From: a virus
IMG/VR virus record: IMGVR_UViG_3300031718_000001
Span: 32,001 to 96,000 of that record
Direction: 5' to 3' (one strand)
DNA: 64,000 nucleotides
Shown: positions 10,661 through 23,674 of the stretch, piece after piece
Layout: each line of letters opens with the position of its first letter
How positions within the stretch are numbered: the first letter of the stretch is position 1
Program-made: the position numbers and the translations under genes
The notes under the pieces: model-generated
Seen by the model: the letters and a program-made list of their open reading frames with translations, nothing else
Databases searched by the model: none
What the model was told of the DNA's origin: nothing

Positions 10661-11839
10661 TCAGGCCCCTGCGGTAACGCCAGCAACGTGCTCCAGATAG
10701 CGCGCCATAGCCGTCTGGAAGCGCTTCTCTTCCTTGTCCCTGGCCCCGGCCGGTGCGACCACGTACAGCCGCTCGTAACTCGGGAAGCCGGCGCTGCGCC
10801 GGGTCGTCCAGGCGCGGCTCACGGCCAGCTCGTCCTTCTCGATCACAGCCCCCTCGGCCGCCGCCAGCTCCTCCAGGTCGCCGAGCATCTCCTGGCGGGT
10901 GCCCGCGGCGATCGAGCGCACCGAGCGGTTCCACACGCCCTTGGACGGGTCATCACGGGTCGGCATGGCCACGCGCTGCACCTCGTAGATGCGCCACTCC
11001 ATGGCGGCCATCGTCTTGCCCCAGGCACGCAGCACCTCGTTGTGCTGACCCGTCCTGCGCAGCAGGTCGAGCAGCGAGCCGTACTTGATCAGGCCCTGGT
11101 TCGGGTTGAGCGAGATCGACCGGTACTCCATCACCAGCGCGCTCACCCCGGAGAGCGGCTCGCACGAGTACATGTCCTTGACCCGCTCCTGCCCGGCCTT
11201 GTTGGCCAGGGCGAACGGGCAGAATGTGCAGGCGCTCTTGACCCAGGTGGCGCCGGTCATCTTCGTTATGTAGGCCTCGCACGTCGCGCGGTCCCAGTCC
11301 CACTCGATCAGCGGATAGCTGCCGGTGCGCTGCGCAGTGTTGTACTTGGCATCACGCACGGCCCGGCCCAGCTCGTTGGCCTCGTAGCCGATCACGTGCA
11401 GGAACGGACGGCCGCCGAGGATCGCGGCCAGGAAGTCGTCGATGACCTCGCCCTTGGCCTTGATCGAGCACTTGCGGATCCCGCCCACCTGGGGCACGGT
11501 GCCGCTGACCGTCATCTCGTCTTCGAGCTTGTAGCAGCCGTCGATGTACAGCGTCTCGGGCCAGTTGGTGTCGCTCAGCACGATATAGCCGTCATGGGCA
11601 CGGCTCGGCCCGCGGCGCGCGAGCTGGCTGTAGCGGATGCCGTGCTCGCGCAGCAGGGGCAGGATGTGATCGCGGACGAGCTGGCCGGTCTTGTCCCACT
11701 CGTTGCCGGTCATGGCGGTGACCACGAGCAGCTCGCTGAGGGCGCACGGCCGGGTCTGCGGCTCGTGGATCCAGCGCAGCAGGATGGCCGTGCTGTCCAC
11801 TCCGAGGCCGTATCCCAGGACTACCTTGATCTCGCTCAC
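10661..11839 (-). CDS. Second PAPS-reductase-like / adenine nucleotide alpha-hydrolase protein
   Basis: GYGLGVDST PP-loop variant, RKCSIKAKG, YPLIEW and KSACTFCP motifs; GTG start after GGGAG. Confidence 0.75.
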   Translation of the reverse strand: MSEIKVVLGYGLGVDSTAILLRWIHEPQTRPCALSELLVVTAMTGNEWDKTGQLVRDHILPLLREHGIRYSQLARRGPSRAHDGYIVLSDTNWPETLYIDGCYKLEDEMTVSGTVPQVGGIRKCSIKAKGEVIDDFLAAILGGRPFLHVIGYEANELGRAVRDAKYNTAQRTGSYPLIEWDWDRATCEAYITKMTGATWVKSACTFCPFALANKAGQERVKDMYSCEPLSGVSALVMEYRSISLNPNQGLIKYGSLLDLLRRTGQHNEVLRAWGKTMAAMEWRIYEVQRVAMPTRDDPSKGVWNRSVRSIAAGTRQEMLGDLEELAAAEGAVIEKDELAVSRAWTTRRSAGFPSYERLYVVAPAGARDKEEKRFQTAMARYLEHVAGVTAGA

Positions 11840-11904
11840 TCGCGCTCCCTTGCCGTCGATCCCTTGCACTACCGACTATAGCAAGAAAAGCTGTATCGAG
11901 CCAA

Positions 11905-12276
11905 TCAGGCAGCAGCCTGGACAGAGGCCTTCTTACGCGCCTTGCGGACGCGCTCGCGCTCGGCCGCCCCGGGGAACTCGATGGCCCAGCGCTCGGCCGA
12001 GGTGAGGGCAGCCCGCACGCCGTAGCGGTACCGCTTATTGGACTCCTCCGAGTCGCCGTACCCGCGCTCCTCGTCCATCACGGCCGCGTAGCACTCGGCG
12101 AGCACCGGGCAGCTCAGGCACACGGCCTTGGCCCTGGACCTGGCGATCGAGGAGACGTACTCGTAGAACAGCTCGGGGTCCTCGCGCCGGCACGCCGCCA
12201 GCTCGCGCCAGTCGGCGGCAGAAGGCTGTGCCACCCTGGCACGCCGCTCCGGCGCGCGTTCCAGCATGACCGTCAT
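11905..12276 (-). CDS. whiB: WhiB family Fe-S transcriptional regulator
   Basis: W..AAC...DPELF, AKAVCLSCPVLAEC and YGVRAALT..ER motifs; GGAGG SD. Confidence 0.88.
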   Translation of the reverse strand: MTVMLERAPERRARVAQPSAADWRELAACRREDPELFYEYVSSIARSRAKAVCLSCPVLAECYAAVMDEERGYGDSEESNKRYRYGVRAALTSAERWAIEFPGAAERERVRKARKKASVQAAA

Positions 12277-15200
12277 CGCGGTGACCTCCTCACGAAGTCC
12301 AGGCACCCGCAGCCTGCGATCTCGCACGGGTGCTGCCTGGTGCGCTCCTTGTGCCAGACGCGGGCATGGCCGCACATCCGGCCATCGGCCTGGGCCTGGC
12401 ACGCGCTCGGGTGATCCGGCACGCGGATACCGCGGCCGAGCAGGTCGAGGATGATTCCCTCGTAGTGCTGGAGCGGGGTGTGGCCGAATGGCACGGTCAC
12501 CAGCACGGGCCAGCCGGTCAGGCACCGGGCGGGCAGCTCATCCTGGGCCTCGCCGAAGCGTGCCAGCTTCATGTCCACTGTGCGCTTCCTCCCTCCGGCA
12601 CGGCCCAGGATGAGCCTGATCACACAATACAGGATTTATTGCTATGTGTCACTTCAGCGGGCCAGGCGTGCCATCGCCGGCGCACCACGTGCCAGGCGCG
12701 TCTTCGAGCACGTGCATCATGGTGATCTCGGCCGCGCCGAACGAGATGCACGAGCGCAGCTCGGCCTGGGCCTGCTCCGGGGTCATGCCGGGCGGCAGCT
12801 TCAGCGTCACCATGTACGCGGCCGAGGTCACCGGGTGATCCTTACCGGCAGGCACGGTACCACGGTGATGTAGACGTACTCCGAGTCCCAGTACAGGCCG
12901 ACCCAGGCGTCGCGGGGCTCCAGGATCAGCGCGACCCGGCCGCGCTCGCCGAGGATCCTCATAGCGGCCTGGTCAGCAGGTCGTAGATTTCCTCGTGGCC
13001 GCGCTTCGCCAGGTCGGCGATCTGGTGGTAGCCGTAACCGCAGCGGTACAGCCCGTGCGTGGCGCGCAGGATGTCCTCGTCTGAGATCCCGTCCTGGTAC
13101 GGGATTCCCACGTGGTCCAGGACTCCCTCCATCTCGTGGCGGGCGGTGTCGTCGAGCGCGGGGTGGCCGCGCGCCTTGCCGTCCTGGGTGCAGAAGCCGG
13201 TGCAGTTCGGGCTGACCTCCGGGTCGTTCACAGCCTGCCTCCCAGCAGCACGTCCTCGGTCACGATCACCAGGCGCCAGGTGTCGGTGGATATCTCGTGC
13301 GTGACCTTGACCTCTTGGTCACGTCGCGCATCTCCTCGGGCCACAGGTAGTGCTCGGGGTCGCACCTGATGTGCCGGTACACGGCCGGGTGGATCTCCAG
13401 CCGCAGTCCGGGGGGCAGCCTGCGGAGCTGGGGCGGCCCGTAGGTGTCGCTGAGGTACTGCTCGACGCTCGCGATCAGGTCCTTAATGTTCGTGTGCAGG
13501 TCACCTCTGGGTGCAGGCAGGTCGCTGCGCGCCTCGTCGCTCAATTTCTCCTCCTGGTCTTGGTCCATATCGTGCCCTGTCCAGCCCAGGAGCAGGTTCA
13601 GGCCCCCGTAGAACTCACTGGTCCGGATCAGCCAGATAGCGTGCAGCGGCAGCAGGATCGCGGTCCCGAGTGCTATCAGGAACCACGCCCTGGACAGCAT
13701 GGCGAGTTCTCGCCTCGTAGGCGCGGATCTCTTCATCGACGGCCTCCAGGTCGGCGAAGTGGCCGTGGTACGCGGCCGGGCGGCGGTGGTCGCTGCTCTC
13801 GTACGGACCCCAGTACCTGTGCAGGCCGTACCCGCCGCCGAGCTGGATCCGCCAGCAGCCGCGGTGCCAGGCGACGGTATAGAACTGGATTCTGGAGCTG
13901 CCGCGGATAGCCGTCCACCCGGAGGATTCGGGGTATACCTGTGCCTCGCTCATGAGCCCGGCCCGGTGGTCACGTACAGGCCCGAGCCGTCCCCTCGCTC
14001 GCACCAGCCTCCGGCTGAACTGGCACCTGGTCGGCTGACGAACTCCAGCCGCCTCCAGCCGCTCGCCTTCAGCACCGCGGACAGGTTCAGCATCACGGGG
14101 GAGTACCGCCCCTCGCGGAGAGCCTGGGCGGTATCTACTTCCAGCCCGGCCGAGGTGATGCAGTACCCGCCGATGATGCCGTCAGTGCCGTAGCCGATCT
14201 CCAGCCGCCGCCACCGGCTGGAGCGCCATACCTGTGCCAGGGCACGGCCCACCTGCGCATCGGTCATGGGACTTGCCGGTACCTCCCCGTTGACCGTATC
14301 GTGCCCAGAACTTAGGTTCTGCGTCATCTGTCCGTTTCCTCCTCCTGATGTCAGGTACGCGCGGCCGTCTAACGCGCGTGGGCCTTGCACTCTTCGCACG
14401 GTGGTGCGGGCGGCACCTCGTGGCGCTCCCCGCTGTAGTGAAGGGGCAGCCCGCACGCCGGCTTAGTCCACAGCACGATCCAGTGCGACTCGCCGCCGGA
14501 CGGCTCGGGGTCACTCCAGCCGGGCGGAGGAGGCTTCTGGGCCAGCTTCTCCCTGAGCACATCGGCGTTGCTCATGCTCGGGCTGTCTCCCTTTGCCAGC
14601 GCTTCGCCCACACTCGCAGCGCGTCGTCTCTCGTGGCCGCGATCTTGCAGCCCTCCGGGCACGGCATCGTGCTGCAAAAGGCCTCGTGCGGGCTGGCCCA
14701 GCCTGCGCCGCAATCGCAGCCCGGCTGCATAACCACGCCCGTACGGTGGCAGATCGTGCAGCCGAACACGTGCCGCCAGGCTCTCATCAGCATCTTCATG
14801 GCCACATCTTAGCAATAAAAGCTGTATTAGGTAACTACTGGACCGGGCGGTACCACGTTGCCGAGGTAGTCCTTGTGCTCATCGCCCGGGTGACCGCGCT
14901 CCCGCTCGCACCAGCCGCCAGGCTGCTCGCCGCAGCGCAGCAGTATTCGGTTGCGGCGGAACGCCTCAACGATCGCTGCATCGTCCTGGAACTCCCCCAG
15001 GGACTCATCCTCGGTGTCCCAGCCGCGCTCCTGGAGCCCGTCGATCAGTACGGCCAGGACCTCGGTCACCTGTTCATCTGTGCTGCCCAGCTCGCGCATC
15101 TTCCGCGCCACAGGGTCGAACACATCGCCACCGCTAGCCCATCCCATGGTGGTCCTCCTCGGGTACTGCGTCCGCATCGGCGGCAATCGCCGCTATGCGC

Positions 15201-18200
15201 TGGTCCTCGGCAGGGTCCTGCCGCATCTGCGCCATCTTCACCCGGAGGCGCTCCGCTCCGGCCTCGGCATCGAACCCGGTGTCCAGGGGCAGGTCTCCGA
15301 GCTGCCGGTACAGCGACCGCATGAAGGCGTCTTCCTCCGGCGTGATCTCGCTCATCACCACAGCCGCTCGATCGTGACGATGATGTCGGGCTGACGCCGG
15401 ACGAGCGGCTCCAGCCTCCGGCGTGCCTCGGCCGCCATGGCCGTGCAGTGCTCCCAGACCACGCCGTGCTCGACCATCAGGTGCAGCGCGTACTCGGTCT
15501 CCAGGTCGTCGAGCGCCTTCTTGAGGTAGTCCATCAGCTCTCTCCCGGCGTATCGCTGAAGATCGCCTCAACCTCGGAGACCAGCTCCGGGTCAGCCTCG
15601 ACGCCGCCGGTCTTCTCGTGCAGCGCTGTCTTGACCTGCTGGATCAGCTCGGGCGGGATCAGCTCGGCGATACGGCACGCCAGGCACGTACCCGGATCGC
15701 GCAGCAGTGCCTCGATAGCCTGCCTGGCCGCGGCTGCCATCTCATGAGCCGCGCGCCACGGCACTCCCCGGGCTACCAGATCGCAGGCCGCTCCGGCCAT
15801 CCACCAGTCCAGCTCCCGGGCCAGCCTGTCATTGCCCGCCATGTCGCCTCCGCTCGCCTGTCTCGTCGGTCACGATGATGACCCTGGACGGCCCTGTGAC
15901 GGCCTCCATGGTCGTGGTGATGTCCGGCGCACCGGCAGAGCGCCGGGAGCCTCTCTGGAGCCTGTGCAGCCGCCTGGCGCCGTGCAGGGCGCCCCACGGC
16001 GTGCTGTGGTAGTGCACCGCGCAGTGGCCGAGCGTTCCGGCCGACCACGCAGATACCCCGAGCGGCCGGATCTTCAGCCAGCAGCGCACATCGCCGAAGA
16101 TCTTCCCGTCAGCCTTCGGCATCCCTCGACCCTTCGTCCGGCAGACCCAGGGATCCGGCAGGAGGATTTGCGGCAGGCCCCTCAGACGGGGCGCGCTGCT
16201 CGTCCTGCCCGTACGGGAAGTGCGCATCGTCTGAGCTGCACTTCGCCGCATGCTGCTGCCGTATGCGGAACGCGCTGTCGCCGTCGCCCATCAGGTCATA
16301 GAAGTCGGCGAGGGACATGGCCTCGTCGCACTCCAGCTTGCCGCCGAACCCCCCGGCCAGGCCCGTGAGCCGGCGCCTCCATACCGCGGCGAAGCGGTAA
16401 TCGGCGAGGGCGAGACGGGCAGGCGGAGCCCCGGATCCGGTCTCCCCGGCGCGCTCGCGGACCTCCGCCAGGAACCCGGCGGCCCGGTCCAGGTCATCCA
16501 GATCACCGTTCTTCTTCACGCCGAGCACCAGCCACTTCACGGCCTGGGCGGCGTGGAAGCCGAATCCGCACTGCGCGGTCAGGTGGCTGAGGAGCTGTTC
16601 TTCAGGCGAGGGCGGCACGAGGCGGCTCCTGTTCGTAGATGTGGCGGCACTGCGGGCTCGCGCACTCGTAGCCGTGGACGTGCGGTGCGCTCCCGCCGGG
16701 ATGCCTATGAGCGTAGAAGCACCCGTCATGGTGGGCGTGCTCGTGCTGGTCAGGATGGAATTCCTCAGAAGGCCACATGCCCAGCAGCACCTCGGTCCCG
16801 CCGGACCAGGTGTCGGTGACGTGCGCCGGGTCAGGAGGCAACGGGCTCGCCCTGCTCGTGGAGCGTCACGGCCGCCTGCCACGCCTGGGTGATCCGCTCG
16901 CAGCGCCGCCGGAACGTGTCGCCCGGCCCCGGATCGCATGCGTTGCCGTATGACCTGCTGAACATCAGCTCCCACCACCACCCGGACCCGGCCGCGGCGA
17001 ACTGCCCGAAGTTCGCGCCGGCCAGCCTGGTGGTGAGCGGCTCGTCCTGGGCGCACGTGATCGCGTCGGAGAGGACCTGGATCTTCGAGCGGACCTGATC
17101 AGCCATGAACGTTTCCCATCGCGTAGCTCGTCCCCCTGACCGTGCCGTCCGGCCGGTGCTCAAGATCAGCCTCAGCCAGCAGCCAGCCGAACTCGGCCAG
17201 CCAGTCGCGCATCTTCTCGAACTCCTCCAGGTCCCAGGCCCGCATGGCAGCAGCAGCCCCGCGGATGCCGGGCGTGGCCGCGGTCACCGTAGCCCGGCGC
17301 TGCATGCGGCGTTCGCGGACGGCATCGCGGCGCTCCTGGTGCACTGCCGTCGGCATGACCTCGCCCTCGTGGTGCAGGCGCTTCCCGCTCAGGTCCGGCC
17401 AGGAGTCGTAGGTGTGGTTGTCCGTCGTGTAGAGGCATCGGTGCCCGGCGCCCTGGCCGCACTTCGGGCAGTCCACGGCCAGGGCGTCCTCGACGCTGAC
17501 GGGGCCGATGTCAGGCGGGTACCACCTCACCTGGCCAGCGCCTTGCGCTCGTTCTCGCGGTAGGCATCCCACATGGTCAGCTCGCCATCGACCTTCATCC
17601 ACGGCAGCATGATCTCAGCCAGCTCGGCCAGGCCCGCCTCGATCAGCGCGAGCTGGGCCTCGATCCAGACCTTCATCACGCGCCAGGCGACCCGCCGGGC
17701 ATGCTCGGGCTGGGTGTGGCGCCGCTCGACCAGGCGCTTGCCGTAGGCCGCCTGGAGCGCCTTCTGCGTGCCCAGGACATTGACTGGCAGCGTGAACTGG
17801 CGCTCGCCGTACGGTGTCTCGATCACGAAGCTGAGCCCGTCCGGCTGGCGCTCTTTGGTGTACTGGATCGCCACGGCGCTTGCCCCGTGCTTAGCCAGGA
17901 TCGCGAGGCACTCGGCCGCGGTCGTGCCCGGGTCGATCGTCGTGGTGTAGTTCAGCGGTCCCTTGCTAGCGCCCATCCTTGTCCTCATCCAGCAGTCCGG
18001 CCGCCCCGAGCAGCCGGCGCACGTTCTTCACCGTCAGCTCCTGGCCGGTCATGCGCAGCGCCAGGCAGGCGTAGGCCGTGCGCATCCCGCCCGGGACCGC
18101 CGCGCCGTGCTCATCCAGGAACGCCTCGCGCTCGCCCAGGAACAGGTCGCGCTGGTACGCCTCGTCGAGGATGTCGGTGATCTCGGCGCTGCCGGGGTAG

Positions 18201-18634
18201 GCGTAGTCGTCCATGAGCGCTTCGCGCTCGCTGCCGATCAGCGCCGCCGCCACGACTCTCAGCTCATTGACCTTAGCTATGTCGTCCACCTCCTTCGGCC
18301 GCACCGCGGTGACCCGCCAGGCATCCGCCCAAGGCGTGTCGGTGCCGTCCTCATAGTCCTGGGCGATCTGCTGGCCCTGCTCGTGGCCGCTGACCTCGAT
18401 CGTGGTAGTCACGGCCTCGCGCAGGTCCTCCAGGTGCGTCGGCCGTGCTGCCCTCCACCGGCACAGCAGGATGCGGCCGTCGCGCGACCTGGTGATCATG
18501 TAGGTATGGGCCTTGGTATAGCCCATCAGCGCGGTGACCGCGCGCATCGGCGGTGTGGTGTGGCTCCTCCAGTCGATCGCGGTCACGGTGCAGACCCTTC
18601 CAGCAGCGTCATCAGCTTCCGGGTCGGCCGCCAC
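12273..18634 (-). other. Dense run of about 18 small hypothetical phage genes
   Basis: Tightly packed minus-strand ORFs with overlapping start/stop codons (e.g. 14572-14805, 14827-15147, 15534-15842, 16831-17106, 17966-18634). Confidence 0.55.
17527..17976 (-). CDS. Conserved phage protein (VAWR..K.W.EAQLA motif)
   Basis: Widespread phage-family motif recognised by eye. Confidence 0.7.
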   Translation of the reverse strand: MGASKGPLNYTTTIDPGTTAAECLAILAKHGASAVAIQYTKERQPDGLSFVIETPYGERQFTLPVNVLGTQKALQAAYGKRLVERRHTQPEHARRVAWRVMKVWIEAQLALIEAGLAELAEIMLPWMKVDGELTMWDAYRENERKALAR

Positions 18635-19314
18635 GGGGCGCCTTGCTGCGGGTCGTCAGACTCGACGAGCCCGCGGTTCCTGTCGAACACGAGCCACCTG
18701 GCGATCGTCTCCTCCGACGTAACGGACATGCCGTGCATGGCCATGGTCTCCTGGATCACCTTGACGGTTAGCCCCTCTGGCGGCCCGCTGGAGACGATCT
18801 CGCGGATGAGCTTCCGGGTCTGCTCACCAGGCCCTCCGTCGAGCGGGCTCGCCGTGCGAGTCTCGGGCGACGACTCGGAGATGTAGTCGCGCCAGGGCAC
18901 GAACGTGCCCTCGCGCCAGAACCCCCACTCAGCACGCCTCGGGCCGGTGAGGACCAGTGTCCACAGCGGGCCGTCGATCCTCTCGATGATGTGCGCGGCT
19001 CTGCGGCTTGTCCGGCCGAGCGACCAGCGCATCCGGTGGCGCAGTACGGACTCGCCCGGCTTGCGCTTGTCCGGCCACGCGCGCTCGCGGTAGTAGCCCG
19101 CCAGGATGACCGAGGCGAATGCCCACGGGTGATCGTGCGGGTCGCGGTCGATGTCCGGCCGGTGGATGTGGTGCAGGTAGATCCCGAACCACGGCGTCTG
19201 GACGATGCGCAGCCGGTCGAGGTACGGGTCGCCGTCAGCGCCGATGTCAAGCCCTTCGAGGAACGCCCATCGCATCGAGTCGCCTGGTCGGCCGCCCTGG
19301 ATCTTCTCGGTCAT
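18583..19314 (-). CDS. Phage cupin-fold protein with C-terminal extension
   Basis: YLHHI...D..PHDHPW.F.S.IL.G.Y.E and WTLV.TGP...WGF motifs; AAGGA SD. Confidence 0.72.
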   Translation of the reverse strand: MTEKIQGGRPGDSMRWAFLEGLDIGADGDPYLDRLRIVQTPWFGIYLHHIHRPDIDRDPHDHPWAFASVILAGYYRERAWPDKRKPGESVLRHRMRWSLGRTSRRAAHIIERIDGPLWTLVLTGPRRAEWGFWREGTFVPWRDYISESSPETRTASPLDGGPGEQTRKLIREIVSSGPPEGLTVKVIQETMAMHGMSVTSEETIARWLVFDRNRGLVESDDPQQGAPWRPTRKLMTLLEGSAP

Positions 19315-22300
19315 GTCCTGTCCTTTCTGCATATGTCGCACCTGCGTCGCAGGTCGTCTACGTAGCCCTGGCGGCAGAACACGCACAGGTGGCGGCCCTG
19401 GTCATCCACCGGGGGCAGCGGCGCCGGGTGCAGCTTGCGGTACTCGGCCATCGCATCCTGGGCCTCCTCGACCGCCCGGCCCAGCTCGGCGAACTCATCC
19501 GCGGTGAACCCGGCCTTGCCGTTCATCGACATGACGACGCTGCCGTCCTCGTGGACGATGAGCAGCACCTGGGCCTGCTGGAAGCGGTCGCCCGTGGTCT
19601 TGCGGACCTCGACCCTGAGCCGGGCACCGCGCTGGCCGCAGGCCTTCGCCTTCCAGCGTCGGCGCCACTCCTCGTCCATGTTCGGCGAGTAGTTGCCGGG
19701 CGGGCAGTCGTCGGACTGGTACGCGGCCCATTCGTGGTAGGGCTCGGCTTTCGGGGGCTTCTCCCAGCACAGCACGGCGTCGGCCATCAGGTTCTCCGGT
19801 ACGGCTTATGCGGGATGACCACGCCCAGCGCGCGGCAGCGGTCGCAGTTCCCGTCCTCGGCGGCGTACAAGCTCCTGCTCACCATCCGGATGCCATCGAC
19901 GTGCTCGTCCTCCGGCGCCGGGTTCTCGTGGTAGTGGATGCCGTACGGTGAGCAGACGGGCATATCGCGGCGGGGAGCCGAGGCAGCCCGCAGGTCGCGG
20001 GCGAGCTGGTCCCAGCCGGCGCTGAACTCGGCCATCGTCACCCCGGTGAAGAGCGGATCCGGGCGCAGCTCCAGCATCATCAGGGGCCGCGGCTCCGGCC
20101 ATATCCTGCGGTCAGCCGCTCGCTCCCGGTTGGCCTCGCACGCACGGCGGATGGCGATGTGCACGCTCAGGCACAGGTTCCACAGCGCGCCCAGCGCCAG
20201 CACGCTCGATATATCCGCCAGCCATCCTGGTACCGGGTGCATGCTGAGGCAGACGATCATGAGCACGGTCGCCAGGCCGAACATCCTGAGCGCGGCGGCC
20301 GTGAGGGTCCTCACAGCACGATCTCCGGCTCGAAGTGCGGCACCCGGCTGATCTCGTGCAGGGTGAGCCCGCAGACAGCCAGGCCGTCGCGGAACGAGGC
20401 GAACTGGTGGTGCGCGAAGGTCATCACCACGCGGGTGGCCATAACCGGGAACAGCTCCTGGATGCTGGACGGAGCCTGGGATCCGGCGTGCACGGTGAAC
20501 TCGTAGTCCCACTCCCTGATCGCCGAGCGCAGCGCCTCGCCCGCGCCCGCCCGGTCAGTGTCCGGTATCAGGCGGTAGCAGGTTGCCATGCTGTTCGTTC
20601 CCTGGGTGACCGGCTCGGCCAGCCCCGCCGAGCGGAGATCGGCGATCCAGAGGGCGACCGTGTTCCGGCTGACGTTGTGCCCGCGGTGCGTCACGTGCGC
20701 CAGGAGATGATCTATGTCGGAACCTTCCGGCCCGCTGGCCCGGATGTAGTCGGTAACCGCCTGGCGCGCGTCCCGGAGCGCCTGCGGGTTGCGCTCGGCC
20801 AGGGCCACCTCGGCAAGCCATGCCGGCTGCACCATCCGCTTCACGTCGTTGTCACTGGCCGCCAGGTGCTCCAGCAGCGCCCACTCCATCGCCTCGCGCT
20901 GGCGCCCGGCAGTCCACCGGGCGATCTGCTCCTGGGTCACGGTCAGGCCAGCCAGCAGCAGTGCGGTCTCGACGTTCTCGGGGGACAGGTCCTCGTCGGG
21001 GATCTGACTGGTCATCGTGGCCTCCTCAGCCATCGCCAGCGCTGGTAGCGCGGGCACTTCTCGGGGCCGCACGGGCCACAGTAGGTTCCGCTGCTGAAGT
21101 GGTCGTGGACGGCCCGCAGGCACCCGCAGCGGGCGCAGCGCCTTATCCGGGCCGTCCTGGTCATCCGGCTGCCCAGGTCTGGTCCTGCTGCGTGGCGAGG
21201 CGCCACATCTCCTGCTGGAGCGCGGTGATCTCCTCGTGCAGCGACAGGATGCGGCTGTAGACGCGCGCCGAGCGCCGGAACCCCCACCACGGGACCGACC
21301 CGGCCTCGGCGACCGCGGCCGACAGGTCGCTGATCAGGTACCGGACGTGCTGCATGTCCGTCGCCATCAGCTCAGCCGCATGCATGGCGGCCATGCTGGT
21401 CTTTCCCCTGCCCGGCTGGCCGATGGTGATCTCCGGCCACTCCGTGATCTCCGGCTGCTCAGCGCTCATATGATGCCTGCTCCATCTCTATCTGCGCGAG
21501 GTACGCGCACTGGTTCTCCTGGATCGTCTCCCAGACCCGCATGACGCGGGGAGCGACGATCCCGGTCTGCTTCCACTCCTCGTACTCGCGCTGGCTCATG
21601 CCGAGCCAGTCGATCCGGGTGCACAGGCAGGTCCAGTCCGGCGCGTGATCCTTCAGGTGGCGCTCGTAGTCAGCCTCGCGCTCCGCGATGAACGCGGAAT
21701 CACGCTCCTGGCCGGCCTTTATGTCGGCGTTGCCCTGCTCGTCGTAGCGGTGGTCCCACACGGCATCCTCGACGCTGCGCCGGAGCGCGCCGCCGGTCCT
21801 GCTCTGCCAGGCGCCGCACGAGCACATAGCCTCGTAGCCCATGCCGGCGTAGGTGCGGCCGGACTGGACAGGCTCCAGCTCGCCGTAGGGGCCGCTGTAG
21901 ACGTACCAGCGCACCCGGTGAGCCCTCATGGTGTCCGGGCGGATCATGTACTGGAGCGGGTGGCGGCTGCTCACAGGACGACCTCGACCGTGTTGACTGC
22001 GCGGCCCGTGAAGTGATCCTCGCCGCTGCGCGGGCGGGAGTAGATACTGAATATGACCTGCTTGACCTGCCCGGCGATGCTGTGGGAGAGGCCATAGACC
22101 TCGCTGGTCCCATAGTCTTCGGGATCCGGGTGGTAGATAAAGTCGCCCTGGCGCGGGATCGGGCCGTCGTAGCTCTCGACCCGTGCAACGATCCTGTTCT
22201 CCTGGGTGACGATTAGCGTGATCATCAGTTACCTCAGCTCGACGGTGACGGTGTAGCGGGCGTCATCCCAGTCCTGGACGTTGCCGATGAACTGGCCGCC

Positions 22301-23674
22301 GTCGGCGGAGGTCAGGCTCACGCCGGTCTCGGCGTCGATGTCCTGGAGCAGCTCCCACGAGCGAGCGGTCGGCGGAAGCCGGACGGTGATGCCGTCCTCG
22401 TCCGCCCTGATCTCCGCCGTGGTCATCTCCGTGCTGAGTTCGATGTGCATCGCGGCCTCCTGATCGATTGCCTTGCAAGAACCACGATACAGGGTTTCTT
22501 GCTAATCGTCTACCGGAGAGAACAGCCTCATGATGTCCGCTGTGCCCGCGGCCTTCGGGTCGAACCCGAACAGCCACGCGGCATCGCCCCAGTCGGCCAG
22601 GAGCTGCGCCGGCAGGTCCTCTTCCGTGACCGGCAGCCCCGAGGCGTCGAATTCCGGCCACGGCAGCAGGGCCTCGTTGGTGCCGGTGACCGCCGCCTCG
22701 TCCTCCCACGTGCCGCAAGCCGCCGTCCAGGTAACCGGATCCGACCGGAGCACGTTCACCTGGGCGCCGCACGCCTGGAGATACGCTGCCCGCCTGTAGG
22801 CGCCGGAGGACGACAGGAACACCCGCTCGCGCGGCCACCTGAATCCCGGGCGCCGCAGGCCGAGCCGCGGCTTCCAGCCAGCCGGGCGCCACCCCCGCCG
22901 GCTCGATCCCTCCGGGTAGGCGATCTCCAGGCACCAGACATGGGCCACCCGGCCCGTGCCGGGAACGAACCGGGCGGCGTAATCGGTCACGCTGCTCATG
23001 ACTAGCCGAGGTCTTCCTCGTCGTCGTCATCGGGCAGGTTGTACTGGATGTCCGCCATGGCGATCAGCCGGTCGGCCACCTCCATGCGGGCAGCCCGCAC
23101 CTTGTCGTTCTGCTCGCCGGCGCCATCGGCGGCAGCGGCCTGGTCGATGCCCTTGATCACCTTCGCGAGCTGGCTCCAGGCCAGGCCCAGGAAGTCCGGG
23201 GGCTCCTGCGGGGGCACCGGCCCGCGCGCCGCGCCTGGCTGGCCCTGCGGGCCGTAACCCGGCTGCGGGTAGCCCTGCCGGTAGCCCGGCTGCTGTCCTC
23301 GTCCGTCGTTGCTCATCGTCGTTCCTCTCGTCGCCGCTCACGCGGCTAGCCGGTCCCTACTGTATATAACCTTGCTTGCTATTCCTGATTCCGACTCCGT
23401 TAGAATACGGGGGTCAGAAGAGAACGTCGCCGTGCGGGAGGGCGTCGCGTGCCAGCAGCGGAGCCGGGGCGCGCATCGCCCTGGTGGCCACCCACATCGT
23501 GGCGCCGGTCTCGGCATCGATCACGGTTACCGCTTCGGAACTGGCGATCCGCATGGCCTCGTCCAAGTGGAAATCGGCTCTGTGGGTCACCGGGTGCGCG
23601 TACGGCGCCTGCGTGTCGGTCCACATCAGGTGGTAGACCCGCATGTTGGGGTGGTCTTCGTCCGTTACTGTCAT
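19311..23674 (-). other. Run of small hypothetical genes (e.g. 19311-19787, 21459-21974, 21971-22225, 22229-22450, 22502-22999, 23002-23316, 23414-23674)
   Basis: Coupled minus-strand ORFs with SD sites. Confidence 0.55.
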
